DNA of 64,000 nt from Candidatus Multivoradales bacterium (GTDB taxonomy: Bacteria; Acidobacteriota; Thermoanaerobaculia; Multivoradales; JAHEKO01). The position numbers were made by a program, and so were the translations under genes. Where the stretch lies: NCBI GenBank assembly GCA_965223855.1, contig CBDCXM010000002.1, positions 192,001 through 256,000 on the forward strand, read 5' to 3'. Each line of letters starts with the position of its first letter. The stretch's first letter is position 1. The notes below the pieces were generated by a model. The model did not search any database. It worked only from the letters and a program-made list of their open reading frames with translations, and was not told where the DNA came from. Below are positions 9,560-19,294 of this stretch, in pieces.

Positions 9560-12088
9560 CTAGATCCGCTCCATCAACCTGGCCAGCGCGCCGGTCAGAT
9601 CGGGAGTCGTCTCGAGCATTCCGCGCCAGGGGTCCTTCTTCTGCCGTCGGAGTCGTGTCGGCACCGTCCGGATGTCGAAACGGCTCGGGTCGAGCCTGTT
9701 GTTGACCTCGCGCCAGTGGAGCGGGGTCGAGACGGTGGCGCCCGGGCGCGGACGGACGCTGAAGGGGGAGACGAGCAACTTGCCGTGGCCGTTCTGGATG
9801 GCGTCGACGTAGACCTTCCCTTCGCGTCGTGCGGGGGAGCGGGCGATCGAGGCGGCTTCCGGCAGTTCCTGGCTGACGAGCTGTGCCAGGAGAAACGCCA
9901 ACTGCTTCGACTGCTCGTGGGTGCATTGCCCGCCGAGGGGCAGCAGCACGTGCATGCCGGTGGCACCGCTCGTCTTGGCGAAGGTCGGCAGGCCGATGTC
10001 TTCGCACAGCCGATGGAGGGCCCGGGCGACGGCGACGACCTGCTCGAAGGTGGCGTCCTTGGCGTCGAGGTCGAGGATGCACCAGTCTGGTGCCTGAAGC
10101 GCGCCGAGCCGGCTCGACCAGATGTGGAGAGGGATGGCGGCGGAGTTGACGAGGTAGGTCAGGGTGTCGATGTCGTCGCAGACGAAGTAGCGGGTCTCGT
10201 TGCCGTCGTCGTCCGACCAGACCGGTTCGGTGCGCACCCAATCAGGGGCGAACGAGGGGGCGTTCTTCTGAAAGAACGACTTGCCGAGATAGCCGTCCGG
10301 ATAGCGGTCGAGCACGAGAGGACGGTCGGTGAGGTAGGGGAGGAGGTGGTCGGCGACCGCGCGGTAGTAGCCGATCAGATCGCCCTTGGTGTAGCCCTCT
10401 TCGGGCCAGAAGACCTTCTCGGGTCGCGAGATCTCGACCTTGCGAGGCGGTTGCCGGAGGTCGGGTGCCTCGGCGGTTGGAGTCGGCGGGAGGTCGTCGC
10501 GGCGGCAGTCGGAGACGCGCTTGTCGTCTCGTATTCTCACGAAGACCGGGTGGCGCAGGTGCCCGTCGCGGGTGTACTCGGTGTATCTCGCCTCGATGAC
10601 CTGCTGCGGCTCCACCCAGATGTGCTCGTCGCCCTTCGGCACGCCGCCGCTGCAGGCCGGCTCGGGACGGCGGAACGGTTCCAGCGAACTCCGCAGCGTC
10701 TCGAGCTTGCGCTCGTCGAAACCCGTACCGATCCGACCGGCGTAGACGAGGGAGCCGTCTTCCGCGGCGACAGCGACGTGGAGGGCGCCGAAGCCGGCCC
10801 GACTCCCCTTGGGGCGGGTGAATCCGACCACAGCGAAGTCACCGGTCGCCGCCGCCCTGACCTTCACCCACGCCTGGGAACGACCTCCGCGATAGGGGGC
10901 GTTGGCCCGCTTGGCGACCATACCCTCGAGATCCATCCGCTCGATCTCGCGATAGAAGTCCTCGCCCCTGTCGTCGATGTGGTCGACGAACCTCACCGGT
11001 CCGTGAGGCGGAAGCACCTCGCGCAGGATCGCCTTGCGCTCGGCCAGCGGCAGCGGCCGGAGGTCGTACCCCTCGAGCGCCAGAAGGTCGAAGGCGAAGA
11101 GGGTGGCGGGCTGTCGTGCCGCAGCGCGCTGGACGTCGAGCGGCCGGCTCAGGCGCGCCCGCTGCTGCAGCGCCTGAAAGGAAGGGCGCCCCGACGGATC
11201 GAGGACGACGACTTCGCCGTCGAGCAGGAGGCCGTCGAACGGCAGCGAGCGGATCGCCAGGGCGAGATCGGGGAACAGGGCGGTCGCGTCGAGACCACTG
11301 CGATAGCGCAGGTGCACCTTCGGCGCTGCCGAGGGGCGGCCGCCACCGGAGCGGCCGGCGAGCAGACGGTAGCCGTCGTACTTGATTTCGAAGACCCACC
11401 CGCGGCGCGAGAAGGGCGCCGGCTCCAGGGTGGCGAGCATCGGCTTGAGCTTCGCCCCGTCCACCCGCCGCTTCGGTGCACCCAGCTCGTCGAGGGTCGA
11501 GCGCAGCGCCTTCGCCCGGTCCGAACCGTTTCGCATCTCTTCGACGGAGAGCCCGGAGAGCACCGATCGCGGGTCGAGGTCGGTGGCGTCCTCGCCCGTG
11601 GCTTCGGCGTCGGGCTTCTTGATCAGGAGCCACTCCTTTTCGCCGCGCGACGTCTTGACGAGCGTCCAGAGGCCTCGGAGCTTGTAGCCTCGCAGCTCGA
11701 AGAGCAGCTTCCCCTCGCGAGTTCCCTCGACCGGATCGAGATGGTGGATCGTCGGACCGCGGTCCCACAGGATCACCGCACCGGCGCCGTAGTTGTCCTC
11801 GGGGATAACCCCCTCGAAATCCCCGTACTCGAGAGGATGATCTTCCGTCAGAACGGCGAGTCGCTTTTCCGCGGGGTCGAGCGACGGGCCCTTCGGGACC
11901 GCCCACGAGCGAAGCACCCCCTCCATCTCGAGCCGCAGGTCGTAGTGCAGCCGCCGGGCCGAGTGTTTCTGCACGACGAAGAGGCCGGGGCGGGCGACCT
12001 CTCCGTCTCCGAACGGCTCCGGGGTCGCACCGGCGGAGCGCTTGCGACGATAGTCGTCGAGGGTCGAGGACGGGCGGTGAGGGCTCAT
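9560..12088 (-). CDS. ligD: DNA ligase D (phosphoesterase-ligase-polymerase), NHEJ
   Basis: PE domain: QKHSARRLHYDLRLE, WAVPKG, TEDHP. Ligase: FEIKYDGYR, EGMVAK, WVKV. Pol domain: RYPDG, DLD, KTSG..GMH, SVRPRPGA. Confidence 0.95.
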   Translation of the reverse strand: MSPHRPSSTLDDYRRKRSAGATPEPFGDGEVARPGLFVVQKHSARRLHYDLRLEMEGVLRSWAVPKGPSLDPAEKRLAVLTEDHPLEYGDFEGVIPEDNYGAGAVILWDRGPTIHHLDPVEGTREGKLLFELRGYKLRGLWTLVKTSRGEKEWLLIKKPDAEATGEDATDLDPRSVLSGLSVEEMRNGSDRAKALRSTLDELGAPKRRVDGAKLKPMLATLEPAPFSRRGWVFEIKYDGYRLLAGRSGGGRPSAAPKVHLRYRSGLDATALFPDLALAIRSLPFDGLLLDGEVVVLDPSGRPSFQALQQRARLSRPLDVQRAAARQPATLFAFDLLALEGYDLRPLPLAERKAILREVLPPHGPVRFVDHIDDRGEDFYREIERMDLEGMVAKRANAPYRGGRSQAWVKVRAAATGDFAVVGFTRPKGSRAGFGALHVAVAAEDGSLVYAGRIGTGFDERKLETLRSSLEPFRRPEPACSGGVPKGDEHIWVEPQQVIEARYTEYTRDGHLRHPVFVRIRDDKRVSDCRRDDLPPTPTAEAPDLRQPPRKVEISRPEKVFWPEEGYTKGDLIGYYRAVADHLLPYLTDRPLVLDRYPDGYLGKSFFQKNAPSFAPDWVRTEPVWSDDDGNETRYFVCDDIDTLTYLVNSAAIPLHIWSSRLGALQAPDWCILDLDAKDATFEQVVAVARALHRLCEDIGLPTFAKTSGATGMHVLLPLGGQCTHEQSKQLAFLLAQLVSQELPEAASIARSPARREGKVYVDAIQNGHGKLLVSPFSVRPRPGATVSTPLHWREVNNRLDPSRFDIRTVPTRLRRQKKDPWRGMLETTPDLTGALARLMERI

Positions 12089-12169
12089 GAAAAAGGGGGC
12101 TTTTCAGCGAGTAGGCGAGGTGGTCGAAAGTCGTTTGTTTATCAGACTTTATGGTACGCTTTCCTGACT

Positions 12170-13036
12170 ATGCCTGCACGTCCGCTCGGTTCCGGAATGA
12201 TCTCCTTCGGGCTCGTCGCCATCCCGGTGAAGCTCTACAGCACCGGGGAGAGTTCGTCTGCGGTGCGCTTCAACATGGTGCACGCCGACTGCGGTACCAG
12301 AGTCAAGTACCGCTACTACTGCCCGACCGACGATCGCTTCGTCGAGCGCGAAGAGATCTCGAAGGGGTACGAGTTCGCGAAGAACCAGTACGTCCTGTTC
12401 AGCGACGACGAGCTCAAGGTGCTGCAGCCGGAGGCTACGAACGCGATCGAGATCACCGAGTTCGTGCCACTCGAACAGGTCGATCCGATCTACTTCGAGA
12501 AGTCCTACTACCTCGGCCCCGGACAGGGCGGCGACAAGCCCTACCGGCTGCTGTCGAGTGTGATGAAGGAGACCTCACGGGCGGCTCTGGCGCGCTACGC
12601 CGCTCGCGGCAAGGGGTACCTGGTGCTGCTGCGCCCCTTCGAGAGCGGATTGATCATGCAGCAGCTCCGCTTCTCGGACGAGATTCGCTCGTTCGACGAG
12701 GTGCCGGTCGGTGATGCCGAGGTCGCCGATTCGGAACTCGATCTGGCACGACAGCTGGTGGAGCAGAGCGCTTCCGAGGCGTTCGATCCGAGCGGCTATC
12801 GAGACGAGGTGAGACACCAGGTGCTCGAGCTGATCGACAAGAAGGTGCAGGGCGAGGAGATCGTCGCGCCGCCGGAAGAGTCGCCGAAGGCTCAGGTCAT
12901 CGACCTGATGGAAGCACTCAAGGCGAGCCTCGGCGAGGAGACCGGTGAGAAGGCCGCAGCGAAGAAGGCGAGCAAACGGCCGAAGCGCGCCTCCAAGGCG
13001 ACACCCGGGAAGAAGACGAAGAGCAGCGGCGGCTGA
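12170..13036 (+). CDS. ku: Ku protein (NHEJ)
   Basis: GMISFGLVAIPVKLY, KGYE, VDPIYFEKSYYL, VIDLMEALKASL, basic C-terminal tail. Confidence 0.95.
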   Translation: MPARPLGSGMISFGLVAIPVKLYSTGESSSAVRFNMVHADCGTRVKYRYYCPTDDRFVEREEISKGYEFAKNQYVLFSDDELKVLQPEATNAIEITEFVPLEQVDPIYFEKSYYLGPGQGGDKPYRLLSSVMKETSRAALARYAARGKGYLVLLRPFESGLIMQQLRFSDEIRSFDEVPVGDAEVADSELDLARQLVEQSASEAFDPSGYRDEVRHQVLELIDKKVQGEEIVAPPEESPKAQVIDLMEALKASLGEETGEKAAAKKASKRPKRASKATPGKKTKSSGG

Positions 13037-13073
13037 GGGGCCGAGCCGGAAGGTGAGCGGGCCCGGATTCGGC

Positions 13074-13922
13074 ATGAGCCTCACAACGGACACCACCGCG
13101 GGCTTCCCGACCCGGCAGGTGCTGCGCATGCTCGATCTGAGCGAGGGGCGCCTGCGCTACTGGGTGCGTAGCGGCTTCGTCGATCCGGCGCGCGGCCCGG
13201 GCAATCGATACCGCTTTCGGTTTCAGGATCTGATCGTCCTGCGCACCGCTCAGGCGCTGATGCAGGCCGGCCTCCCTGCACGCCGGGTGCGGTTGGCCCT
13301 CGACGCCCTGCGGCGCGAGCTGCCCGTAGGGCGCAGTCTGTCGGCCGTTCGGGTCCTCGCGAAGCGCGGTGAGGTCGTCGTTCAGGAGGGGGGGCGGTCA
13401 TGGGAACCCGCGACCGGCCAGTGGCTGCTCGATCTCGACGCCGGCGAGCTGGCGGCGGCCGCCGAGCCGCTGTCGCGAGCCGCAGTGGCGCGACTGCCCG
13501 AGGATCGGGAGGAGTTGATCGCGGCCGAATGGTACGAGCTGGGCCTCGATCTGGAGGCGGTACTGCCCGAGGAGGCCGAGCGGGCCTACCGCCACGCGAT
13601 CGATCGCGATCCGTCTCTGGCAGCGGCCTATCTGAACCTCGGCCGCCTGCGTCACGAGGAGGGCGATCTCGAGGAGGCGGAGGCGCTCTACCGTGGGGCT
13701 CGAGATTGTTCTCCCACGGACCCGACGGCGGCTTTCAATCTGGGGGTCGTGCTGCAGGATGCGGGCCGCTGGGCCGAAGCGGCGAAGGCATACCGCTGCG
13801 CCATCGACCTCGACTCCGGCTACGCGGACGCCTACTTCAACCTGGCCGCGGTCTACGAGCAGCTCGGCGAGGCTGCCGTCGCTCTGCAGAGCCTGCAGGC
13901 GTATCGAAGACTGATCCGCTGA
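13074..13922 (+). CDS. MerR-type HTH plus TPR-repeat protein
   Basis: N-terminal LRYWVRSGFVDPARG..YRFRFQDL is a MerR-like wHTH. C-terminal TPRs (AYLNLG, AAFNLG, AYFNLA). Confidence 0.8.
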   Translation: MSLTTDTTAGFPTRQVLRMLDLSEGRLRYWVRSGFVDPARGPGNRYRFRFQDLIVLRTAQALMQAGLPARRVRLALDALRRELPVGRSLSAVRVLAKRGEVVVQEGGRSWEPATGQWLLDLDAGELAAAAEPLSRAAVARLPEDREELIAAEWYELGLDLEAVLPEEAERAYRHAIDRDPSLAAAYLNLGRLRHEEGDLEEAEALYRGARDCSPTDPTAAFNLGVVLQDAGRWAEAAKAYRCAIDLDSGYADAYFNLAAVYEQLGEAAVALQSLQAYRRLIR

Positions 13923-13965
13923 GCGCCCCTCCGGGGGAGGTCAGGGGCCCTGCTCCGGTTGCCGC

Positions 13966-14232
13966 TCAGAGTTCGCGCAGGTACTTGCCGGGCTTGAAAC
14001 GGACCGTCTTGCCGGGCGCGATCTCGACCTCGACTCCGGTCTTCGGGTTGCGGCCGATGCCACGCTTGCGATCCCGAACCTGGAAGACACCGAAGCCTCG
14101 CAGCTCGATTCGCTGACCCTCGCCGAGGGCCGCCTTGAGCGAACCGAAGATGGTCTCGACGGCGCGGGCGGCGACCGCTCGCGGGATTTCAGCCGCCTCG
14201 GCGACGCGGTTGACGAGGTCAGCTTTGATCAT
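13966..14232 (-). CDS. HU/IHF-family DNA-binding protein
   Basis: MIKADLV...IELRGFGVF...GRNPKTG...VRFKPGK. Confidence 0.95.
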   Translation of the reverse strand: MIKADLVNRVAEAAEIPRAVAARAVETIFGSLKAALGEGQRIELRGFGVFQVRDRKRGIGRNPKTGVEVEIAPGKTVRFKPGKYLREL

Positions 14233-14257
14233 GGGGACTCCGGCGAGCGGAGAGCGG

Positions 14258-14286
14258 AGTGTAGCAACGGCCCCATGGGGTGTCAA
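14258..14286 (-). promoter_or_regulatory. Sigma70 promoter for the HU gene
   Basis: TTGACA-N17-TACACT with an extended TG on the minus strand. Confidence 0.75.
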
Positions 14287-14362
14287 TCGCCCTCGGGGGA
14301 GCCTAACTTCAAATTTCCCAGCGGTTTGAGTGACCCTCGGCCCAGTCGCTGCGGACGCCCTT

Positions 14363-15640
14363 TCAGGCCGGATCCGGTGCCGATCCTGCCGTGACCTCAC
14401 CGCCTGTGCGGTGGGCGAGAATCCACCGTTCGAGCGCCATCCCGGTGAGGATCGACCCCTGGCGCAGCGTCGCCGACAGGCCCGGCGATGCGTCGAGGCC
14501 GACCGTGACGGCGAGCCCCGCCAGACGCCCCCCGACGTCGATTCTCGTCAGGACCGCCTCGGCTCCGGCTTCGGTGCCCAACCGATCCGGCAGCCCGGCC
14601 GCCTCGGCGGACGGGTCGAGTTCGACCGTCGCCACCGGCTGCGTCCCCACGAGTTCTCGCCAGTGCTTGGAGAGACCGGGTCCGAGCAGAAGTTCCCGTG
14701 TCGAAGATGAGTCGCTTTCGACCTCACCGGCGAGCCAGCCTCTCAGGAGTGCCCCCTCCGGCCGGAACAGAAGGGTCGAATCGCCGAAGCCCGTCAGCAG
14801 GTCGAGGAAGGCGCGGCAGACTCCCGTCGGCGAGTCCGCCCTCCGCAGCTCGCGATCGAGCTCGGCGAGGTCCCTGCCCTCGGCGGACGGAGGGAGCCCG
14901 CCGTCGGAAGCTGCCTGCCGCTCATCGAAAACCTCCGGAACCTCGCTCCCTTCCGACGAGTCTGTCTCGGACGAACCGAAGATCGCTGCTCGCTCGGCCG
15001 GGGTCAGCTCGATCTTGCGATGCGGGTCGGGCTCCGTGGGCGGGCGGAGTCGGTGGCGAACCGAGCGCCGTTCCGGCACGCCGAGCGGCGGACTGGCGAG
15101 GTCGAAGCGGGTCACGCGACGTTCCACGAGAGGCTCGGTCGGGCCGGTCTCCTGAGGAGGCTGCACGAGGCCGCGCTCTAGCCGATCCAGCAGGTGACGG
15201 AGGTGCCCCGTCATCGGCACCGAGTAGTGCGTCTCCAGCGCCTCCGCCAGTCTCGGCTCCGAGGCGACATGCAGTCGCACCCGCTGGCTGAGCACGAACG
15301 CGAGCTCGTCCAGCTGGCCGGGGTCGAGGGCGCTGGCGACCGCGAGATCGATCCGGCTGGGACCGGCAGCGAACGGTACTGCGGAGTAGCGTTGGGCCAA
15401 CTGGGGGCTGAACAGCCCGATGACAGCCTCTGGGATCCCGGCGAGGTCGGCCCGACGGGCGGGCGGCAGGCCGTGATGCCGGGAGAGGGCGTCCTCGAGC
15501 TGAGGCTCCGTGAGATAGCCGGCCTCGAGCAGCGAGGTGTCGATCCGGCCGCCGATGCGGGCGGCGCGGGCTTCAGCTTCGGTCAGCGCGGATTCCGGTA
15601 GCTCGACGAGCTCGCGGAGGATGTCCACGATCGAGGTCAA
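14363..15640 (-). CDS. T2SSE_N/MshEN-like N-terminal domain protein without an ATPase domain
   Basis: GGRIDTSLLEAGYLTE..L...HG...P.LA.RY.AVP...LAVA..LD...LDELAF. No Walker A motif seen. Confidence 0.65.
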   Translation of the reverse strand: MTSIVDILRELVELPESALTEAEARAARIGGRIDTSLLEAGYLTEPQLEDALSRHHGLPPARRADLAGIPEAVIGLFSPQLAQRYSAVPFAAGPSRIDLAVASALDPGQLDELAFVLSQRVRLHVASEPRLAEALETHYSVPMTGHLRHLLDRLERGLVQPPQETGPTEPLVERRVTRFDLASPPLGVPERRSVRHRLRPPTEPDPHRKIELTPAERAAIFGSSETDSSEGSEVPEVFDERQAASDGGLPPSAEGRDLAELDRELRRADSPTGVCRAFLDLLTGFGDSTLLFRPEGALLRGWLAGEVESDSSSTRELLLGPGLSKHWRELVGTQPVATVELDPSAEAAGLPDRLGTEAGAEAVLTRIDVGGRLAGLAVTVGLDASPGLSATLRQGSILTGMALERWILAHRTGGEVTAGSAPDPA

Positions 15641-15684
15641 GGGTTGAAGTTCCTCTTGATAAAGGACTTACGATGAGGCGGGGA

Positions 15685-15713
15685 AGTATAGGCAGGGGCC
15701 TGGCGGTTGTAAA
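15685..15713 (-). promoter_or_regulatory. Sigma70 promoter
   Basis: TTTACA-N17-TATACT on the minus strand, in an AT-rich patch. Confidence 0.6.
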
Positions 15714-15837
15714 GGAGATGCGTGACACCGCGCCACACCCCGGCTGTGCAGGGCTCAGCCGCTCCACCGAGGCCTCGGCACCACGGCACATGAGCCGAAG
15801 CGGAAGGGGGATGCCCGGCTTTGCTATCCTGCGCGCC

Positions 15838-17622
15838 ATGCGCCGGCTGCTCGTCACCCTTTCCGTGCTGGCGGTACCGGTCTGCGCGTCGGCGGTCGAG
15901 AGTGCCGGCGCCTATCACTTCACCCTGGCCAAGATCCTCGTCGATCAGGGGAAGTACCGTGAGGCGGGAGAGAACTTCGAAGCGGCCCTCGACGAGGTGG
16001 CGGACGATCCGTTCCTGCGCGTGGAGTACGCCGAGTTCCTGCTCAACGGTGGTCGGACGACTCGAGCGCTCGAGCAGCTCGCCGTGGCGCGCGGACTGTC
16101 GCCCAGCGACCCGCAGATCGCCAAGGCGTACGGCGAGCTCCAGCTCCAGGCAGCGAGGGAAGACGAGAGCGCCTTCGTCGAGGCGAGACGGGCCTTCGAG
16201 CAGCTCCGTCTGCTGACGCCGGAGGATCCCGAGGCGATGTCGACCCTCGGCAGGATCTACCTGAGCGAGGACCGCTTCGCCGAGGCTGCCGAGGTGTTCG
16301 CAGAGGCCCTGACCTACTGGCCCCGCAGTCGCGGCCTCCATGGATCGCGGATCGATGCGCTGTTGCGATCGGGAGACAACGAAGCCGCCCACGATGCGCT
16401 GGTCGAGTTCCTCGAAGTCGACCCTGCGTCGTTGCGGGCGAGACTGACTCTGGTCGACCTCAAGGAGTCGCAGGACGACGAGGAAGGGGCGAGGGAAGTC
16501 CTGCTCTCGACTCCCCGCGACTCTTCGGGGGACGGCGAGATGTTCCGCCGGCTCGCGGTCGGGCTCTACGAGGCGCGAGCGTTCGACGAAGCGCTCTACT
16601 GGCTCGACCGCAGTCTCGATCAAGCTGAGGACGGGCCGCAGCCGCAGACGCTCTTCCTTCGCGCTCTCCTGCTCACGGCGACTGATCGGAACGCCGAGGC
16701 GAGATCGGAGCTGGAAGCCCTGCTGGTCCTCGAGCCGCAGCGGCGGGACGCCCTCGAGCTCCTGGTCAGGCATCAGCTCGAGGCGGAACTGTGGCAGGAG
16801 GCATTGACGAGACTCGCTCCGATGCTCGAGGACGACAGTGCGGGGGGAGAAGGGCTCGAGGAGCGGGCAGAGCTGGTGATGCTCTACGCCGATGCACTGG
16901 TCGGCGACGATCGAGCGGAGGAGGCGCTCGACTGGCTCTCCCGGCTCTCGCGCTTCGAAGGGGTGGGACGCAGGGCTGTCGCTCGGCAGGCGGGGCTCCT
17001 GTTCACGCTCGATCGAGCCGCGGACGCCGATCGACTGCTCGACGACCTGACCGCGGACGGGGCTCCCCAGAATCTCCTGCTGGCTGCGGAGGTCTGTCAG
17101 CGCAACGAGGAATACGAGCGCGCCATCCCCTGGCTCGAACAGGCTCTCGATGGCGGCGACGAGCCGCTGCAGGCGCTCTTCTGGCTGGGCGCCGCCTACG
17201 AACGGACCGGCAGGATCGCCGACGCCGAGGAGCAGTTCCTGCGGTTTCTCGACATCGAGCCCGACTCCGCACCGGTGCTCAACTACCTCGGTTACATGTG
17301 GGCGGATCACGACATCAATCTCGCCCAGGCGCTCGTCTATGTGGAACGGGCGGTCGCGCTGGACCCTGACAACGGCGCCTACGTCGACTCGCTCGGCTGG
17401 GCGCACTACCGGCTCGGCAACTTCGAGGAGGCCCGGGGGCACCTGGAGCGAGCTGCCGGCCTCGTCGGCGATGACGCCGTTGTCCTCGAGCATCTGGGAG
17501 ACGTCTACAGCGCCCTCGGCGAGACCGACGACGCCCTGCGCCTCTACCGCCAGGCGCTCGACCTCGAGGGCGAGAACGCAGCCGAGATCGAGAAGAAGCT
17601 GCAGCACCTCGACCGTCCGTGA
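15838..17622 (+). CDS. Exported TPR-repeat protein
   Basis: Signal peptide and multiple TPRs. C-terminal LNYLGY.WAD...DSLGWAHY...EHLGDVY is typical of the TPR gene upstream of lolB-ispE. Confidence 0.88.
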   Translation: MRRLLVTLSVLAVPVCASAVESAGAYHFTLAKILVDQGKYREAGENFEAALDEVADDPFLRVEYAEFLLNGGRTTRALEQLAVARGLSPSDPQIAKAYGELQLQAAREDESAFVEARRAFEQLRLLTPEDPEAMSTLGRIYLSEDRFAEAAEVFAEALTYWPRSRGLHGSRIDALLRSGDNEAAHDALVEFLEVDPASLRARLTLVDLKESQDDEEGAREVLLSTPRDSSGDGEMFRRLAVGLYEARAFDEALYWLDRSLDQAEDGPQPQTLFLRALLLTATDRNAEARSELEALLVLEPQRRDALELLVRHQLEAELWQEALTRLAPMLEDDSAGGEGLEERAELVMLYADALVGDDRAEEALDWLSRLSRFEGVGRRAVARQAGLLFTLDRAADADRLLDDLTADGAPQNLLLAAEVCQRNEEYERAIPWLEQALDGGDEPLQALFWLGAAYERTGRIADAEEQFLRFLDIEPDSAPVLNYLGYMWADHDINLAQALVYVERAVALDPDNGAYVDSLGWAHYRLGNFEEARGHLERAAGLVGDDAVVLEHLGDVYSALGETDDALRLYRQALDLEGENAAEIEKKLQHLDRP

Positions 17623-18314
17623 CCACGCCTCTGCTCAGGCTGCTGGCGGTGTGCTGGCTCGCCGCGGCGCTGGCTGCCTGTGCGAGCCTGCCGCCGCCAG
17701 AAGGGGCCGCTAGACCCGAGGAACCACCGGCTGCTCGCAGCGGGCCGGGCACCCAGTCTCTCTTCCGGCTGGTCTACGACAGCGGCGAGGGCCGGGTCTC
17801 CACCAGGGTGGTACTGCGCCGGCTCGGACCGGACGACTTCCAGTTGCTCGCTTCCGACGTGGCGGGTCGACCGGCGTGGGGCCTCGATCTGCGGGGGGAG
17901 CGCTCCGTCCTCGTCGATCACCGGCAGCGCCTCTACTGCGTCGGTGGAGAGGAGCTGCGGCTCGATGCCCTTCACCCTTCCGAGTTGCCGCTCACCGCGC
18001 TGCCCCGGATCCTCGACGGCGCGCTGCCGTTCCCGCCGCCGGACGACCTGGCGACCCGGGACGGTGAGGTCGAGTGGATCGATGAGGCCGATCGCCAGTG
18101 GAGCGCGGCCTTCGAGGGCGGCGCCCTCCGGCGGTGGACGCTGCTGCGCGCCGGCGAGCCCACCCTCTGGTGGACTGCGAGCGAGGGCGACGCCATTCTC
18201 TCGCGCAGAGGAGGCGAGCAGTATCGCTGGAGCCGGGTCGCTCGCGAGGAGGTGAGCCTCCGCCTCGACAGTCCCGTCCCTGATGGGTTCGAAGAAGGAG
18301 TTTGCGGTGACTGA
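17619..18314 (+). CDS. Lipoprotein, LolB-like by position
   Basis: Lipobox LAAC. Occupies the lolB slot between the TPR gene and ispE. Confidence 0.55.
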   Translation: MTTPLLRLLAVCWLAAALAACASLPPPEGAARPEEPPAARSGPGTQSLFRLVYDSGEGRVSTRVVLRRLGPDDFQLLASDVAGRPAWGLDLRGERSVLVDHRQRLYCVGGEELRLDALHPSELPLTALPRILDGALPFPPPDDLATRDGEVEWIDEADRQWSAAFEGGALRRWTLLRAGEPTLWWTASEGDAILSRRGGEQYRWSRVAREEVSLRLDSPVPDGFEEGVCGD

Positions 18315-19203
18315 GCACAGCTACCGGAGCTTCGCCAAGATCAATCTCCACCTCGCCGTCGTCGGGCGAAGGGCCGACGGCTATCACGAGCTGCGGACGG
18401 TCTTCCAGACGATCGAGTCTCATGACCGGGTGAGAGTGGCGGTGCGGCCGGGGCGCGGAGTCTCGGTGGTGGTGCCGGGCGGAGGAGCTCCCGAGGGTGA
18501 CTCCAACCTGGCGTACCGGGCCGCGGCGCTGCTGCTCGACGAGCATGGTGTGGAGAAGAAGATCGAGATCGAGATCGAGAAGCGGATTCCCGCCGGCGGA
18601 GGACTGGGGGGTGGGAGCAGCAACGCGGCGACCGTCCTGTTCGCGCTCGACGAGCTACTGGATCTCGGCACGGGGGTCGAACGACTGGCGGCGCTCGGCC
18701 GGCAGCTCGGGGCTGACGTTCCCTACTTTCTCTTCGGCGGAGCGGCCCTCGGCACCGAGCGGGGAGACGTCATCACGCCCCTGCAGGAGGGGGCCCCTTT
18801 CGAGCTCTTCCTGGGTCTGCCGGGGGTGGCGGTGCCGACCGTCGATGTGTTCCGTCGTCTGCGGTTGCCTCCGGAGAGGCCGGACCCACCGGAACTGACC
18901 CGCTGGCTGGAGGGCGTCCCCCCTTCCGAGCCCTCGCTTCCGGATGGTTGGAACGACCTCGAGGAGCCTGTCCTGGCCCACTACGAGGCGGTGGCGGGCG
19001 TATATAATGCGCTGCGCCGAGCGGGAGCTTCGATGGTGCGTCTTTCGGGTAGTGGAGGGACGGTGTTCGCGGTCTTCGGGCCGGACGATGAGACCGTGCC
19101 GCCGACGATCGAGCGTGTCGCTTCTCAGCTTCCGGGAGGCGCGCAGCTCCGGAGGACGAAGACCCTGACCAGGGAGGAGTTCGAGCGACGGCGGCGCGGG
19201 TAG
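18307..19203 (+). CDS. ispE: 4-(cytidine 5'-diphospho)-2-C-methyl-D-erythritol kinase
   Basis: AKINLHL..GRRADGYHEL, KRIPAGGGLGGGSSNAA, LGADVP, NDLE, SGSG. Confidence 0.95.
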   Translation: MTEHSYRSFAKINLHLAVVGRRADGYHELRTVFQTIESHDRVRVAVRPGRGVSVVVPGGGAPEGDSNLAYRAAALLLDEHGVEKKIEIEIEKRIPAGGGLGGGSSNAATVLFALDELLDLGTGVERLAALGRQLGADVPYFLFGGAALGTERGDVITPLQEGAPFELFLGLPGVAVPTVDVFRRLRLPPERPDPPELTRWLEGVPPSEPSLPDGWNDLEEPVLAHYEAVAGVYNALRRAGASMVRLSGSGGTVFAVFGPDDETVPPTIERVASQLPGGAQLRRTKTLTREEFERRRRG

Positions 19204-19294
19204 CCTGCCGTCGGGACGAATCGATCGAAGCCTTCGTGGTGCACGACGAGAGGTGCGTCGGCCCGGGACGAGTCGGCAGTTGCGCGGTGCCGTT

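Noticed and set aside
9120-9563. 147-aa ORF in the ligD downstream gap
   Set aside because: No recognisable motif or RBS, atypical codon usage, and it coincides with inverted repeats.
9116-13036. 1306-aa ORF that looks like a giant Ku fusion
   Set aside because: The first ~1000 codons are the stop-poor antisense frame of ligD. Ku has its own -10 box and ATG at 12170.
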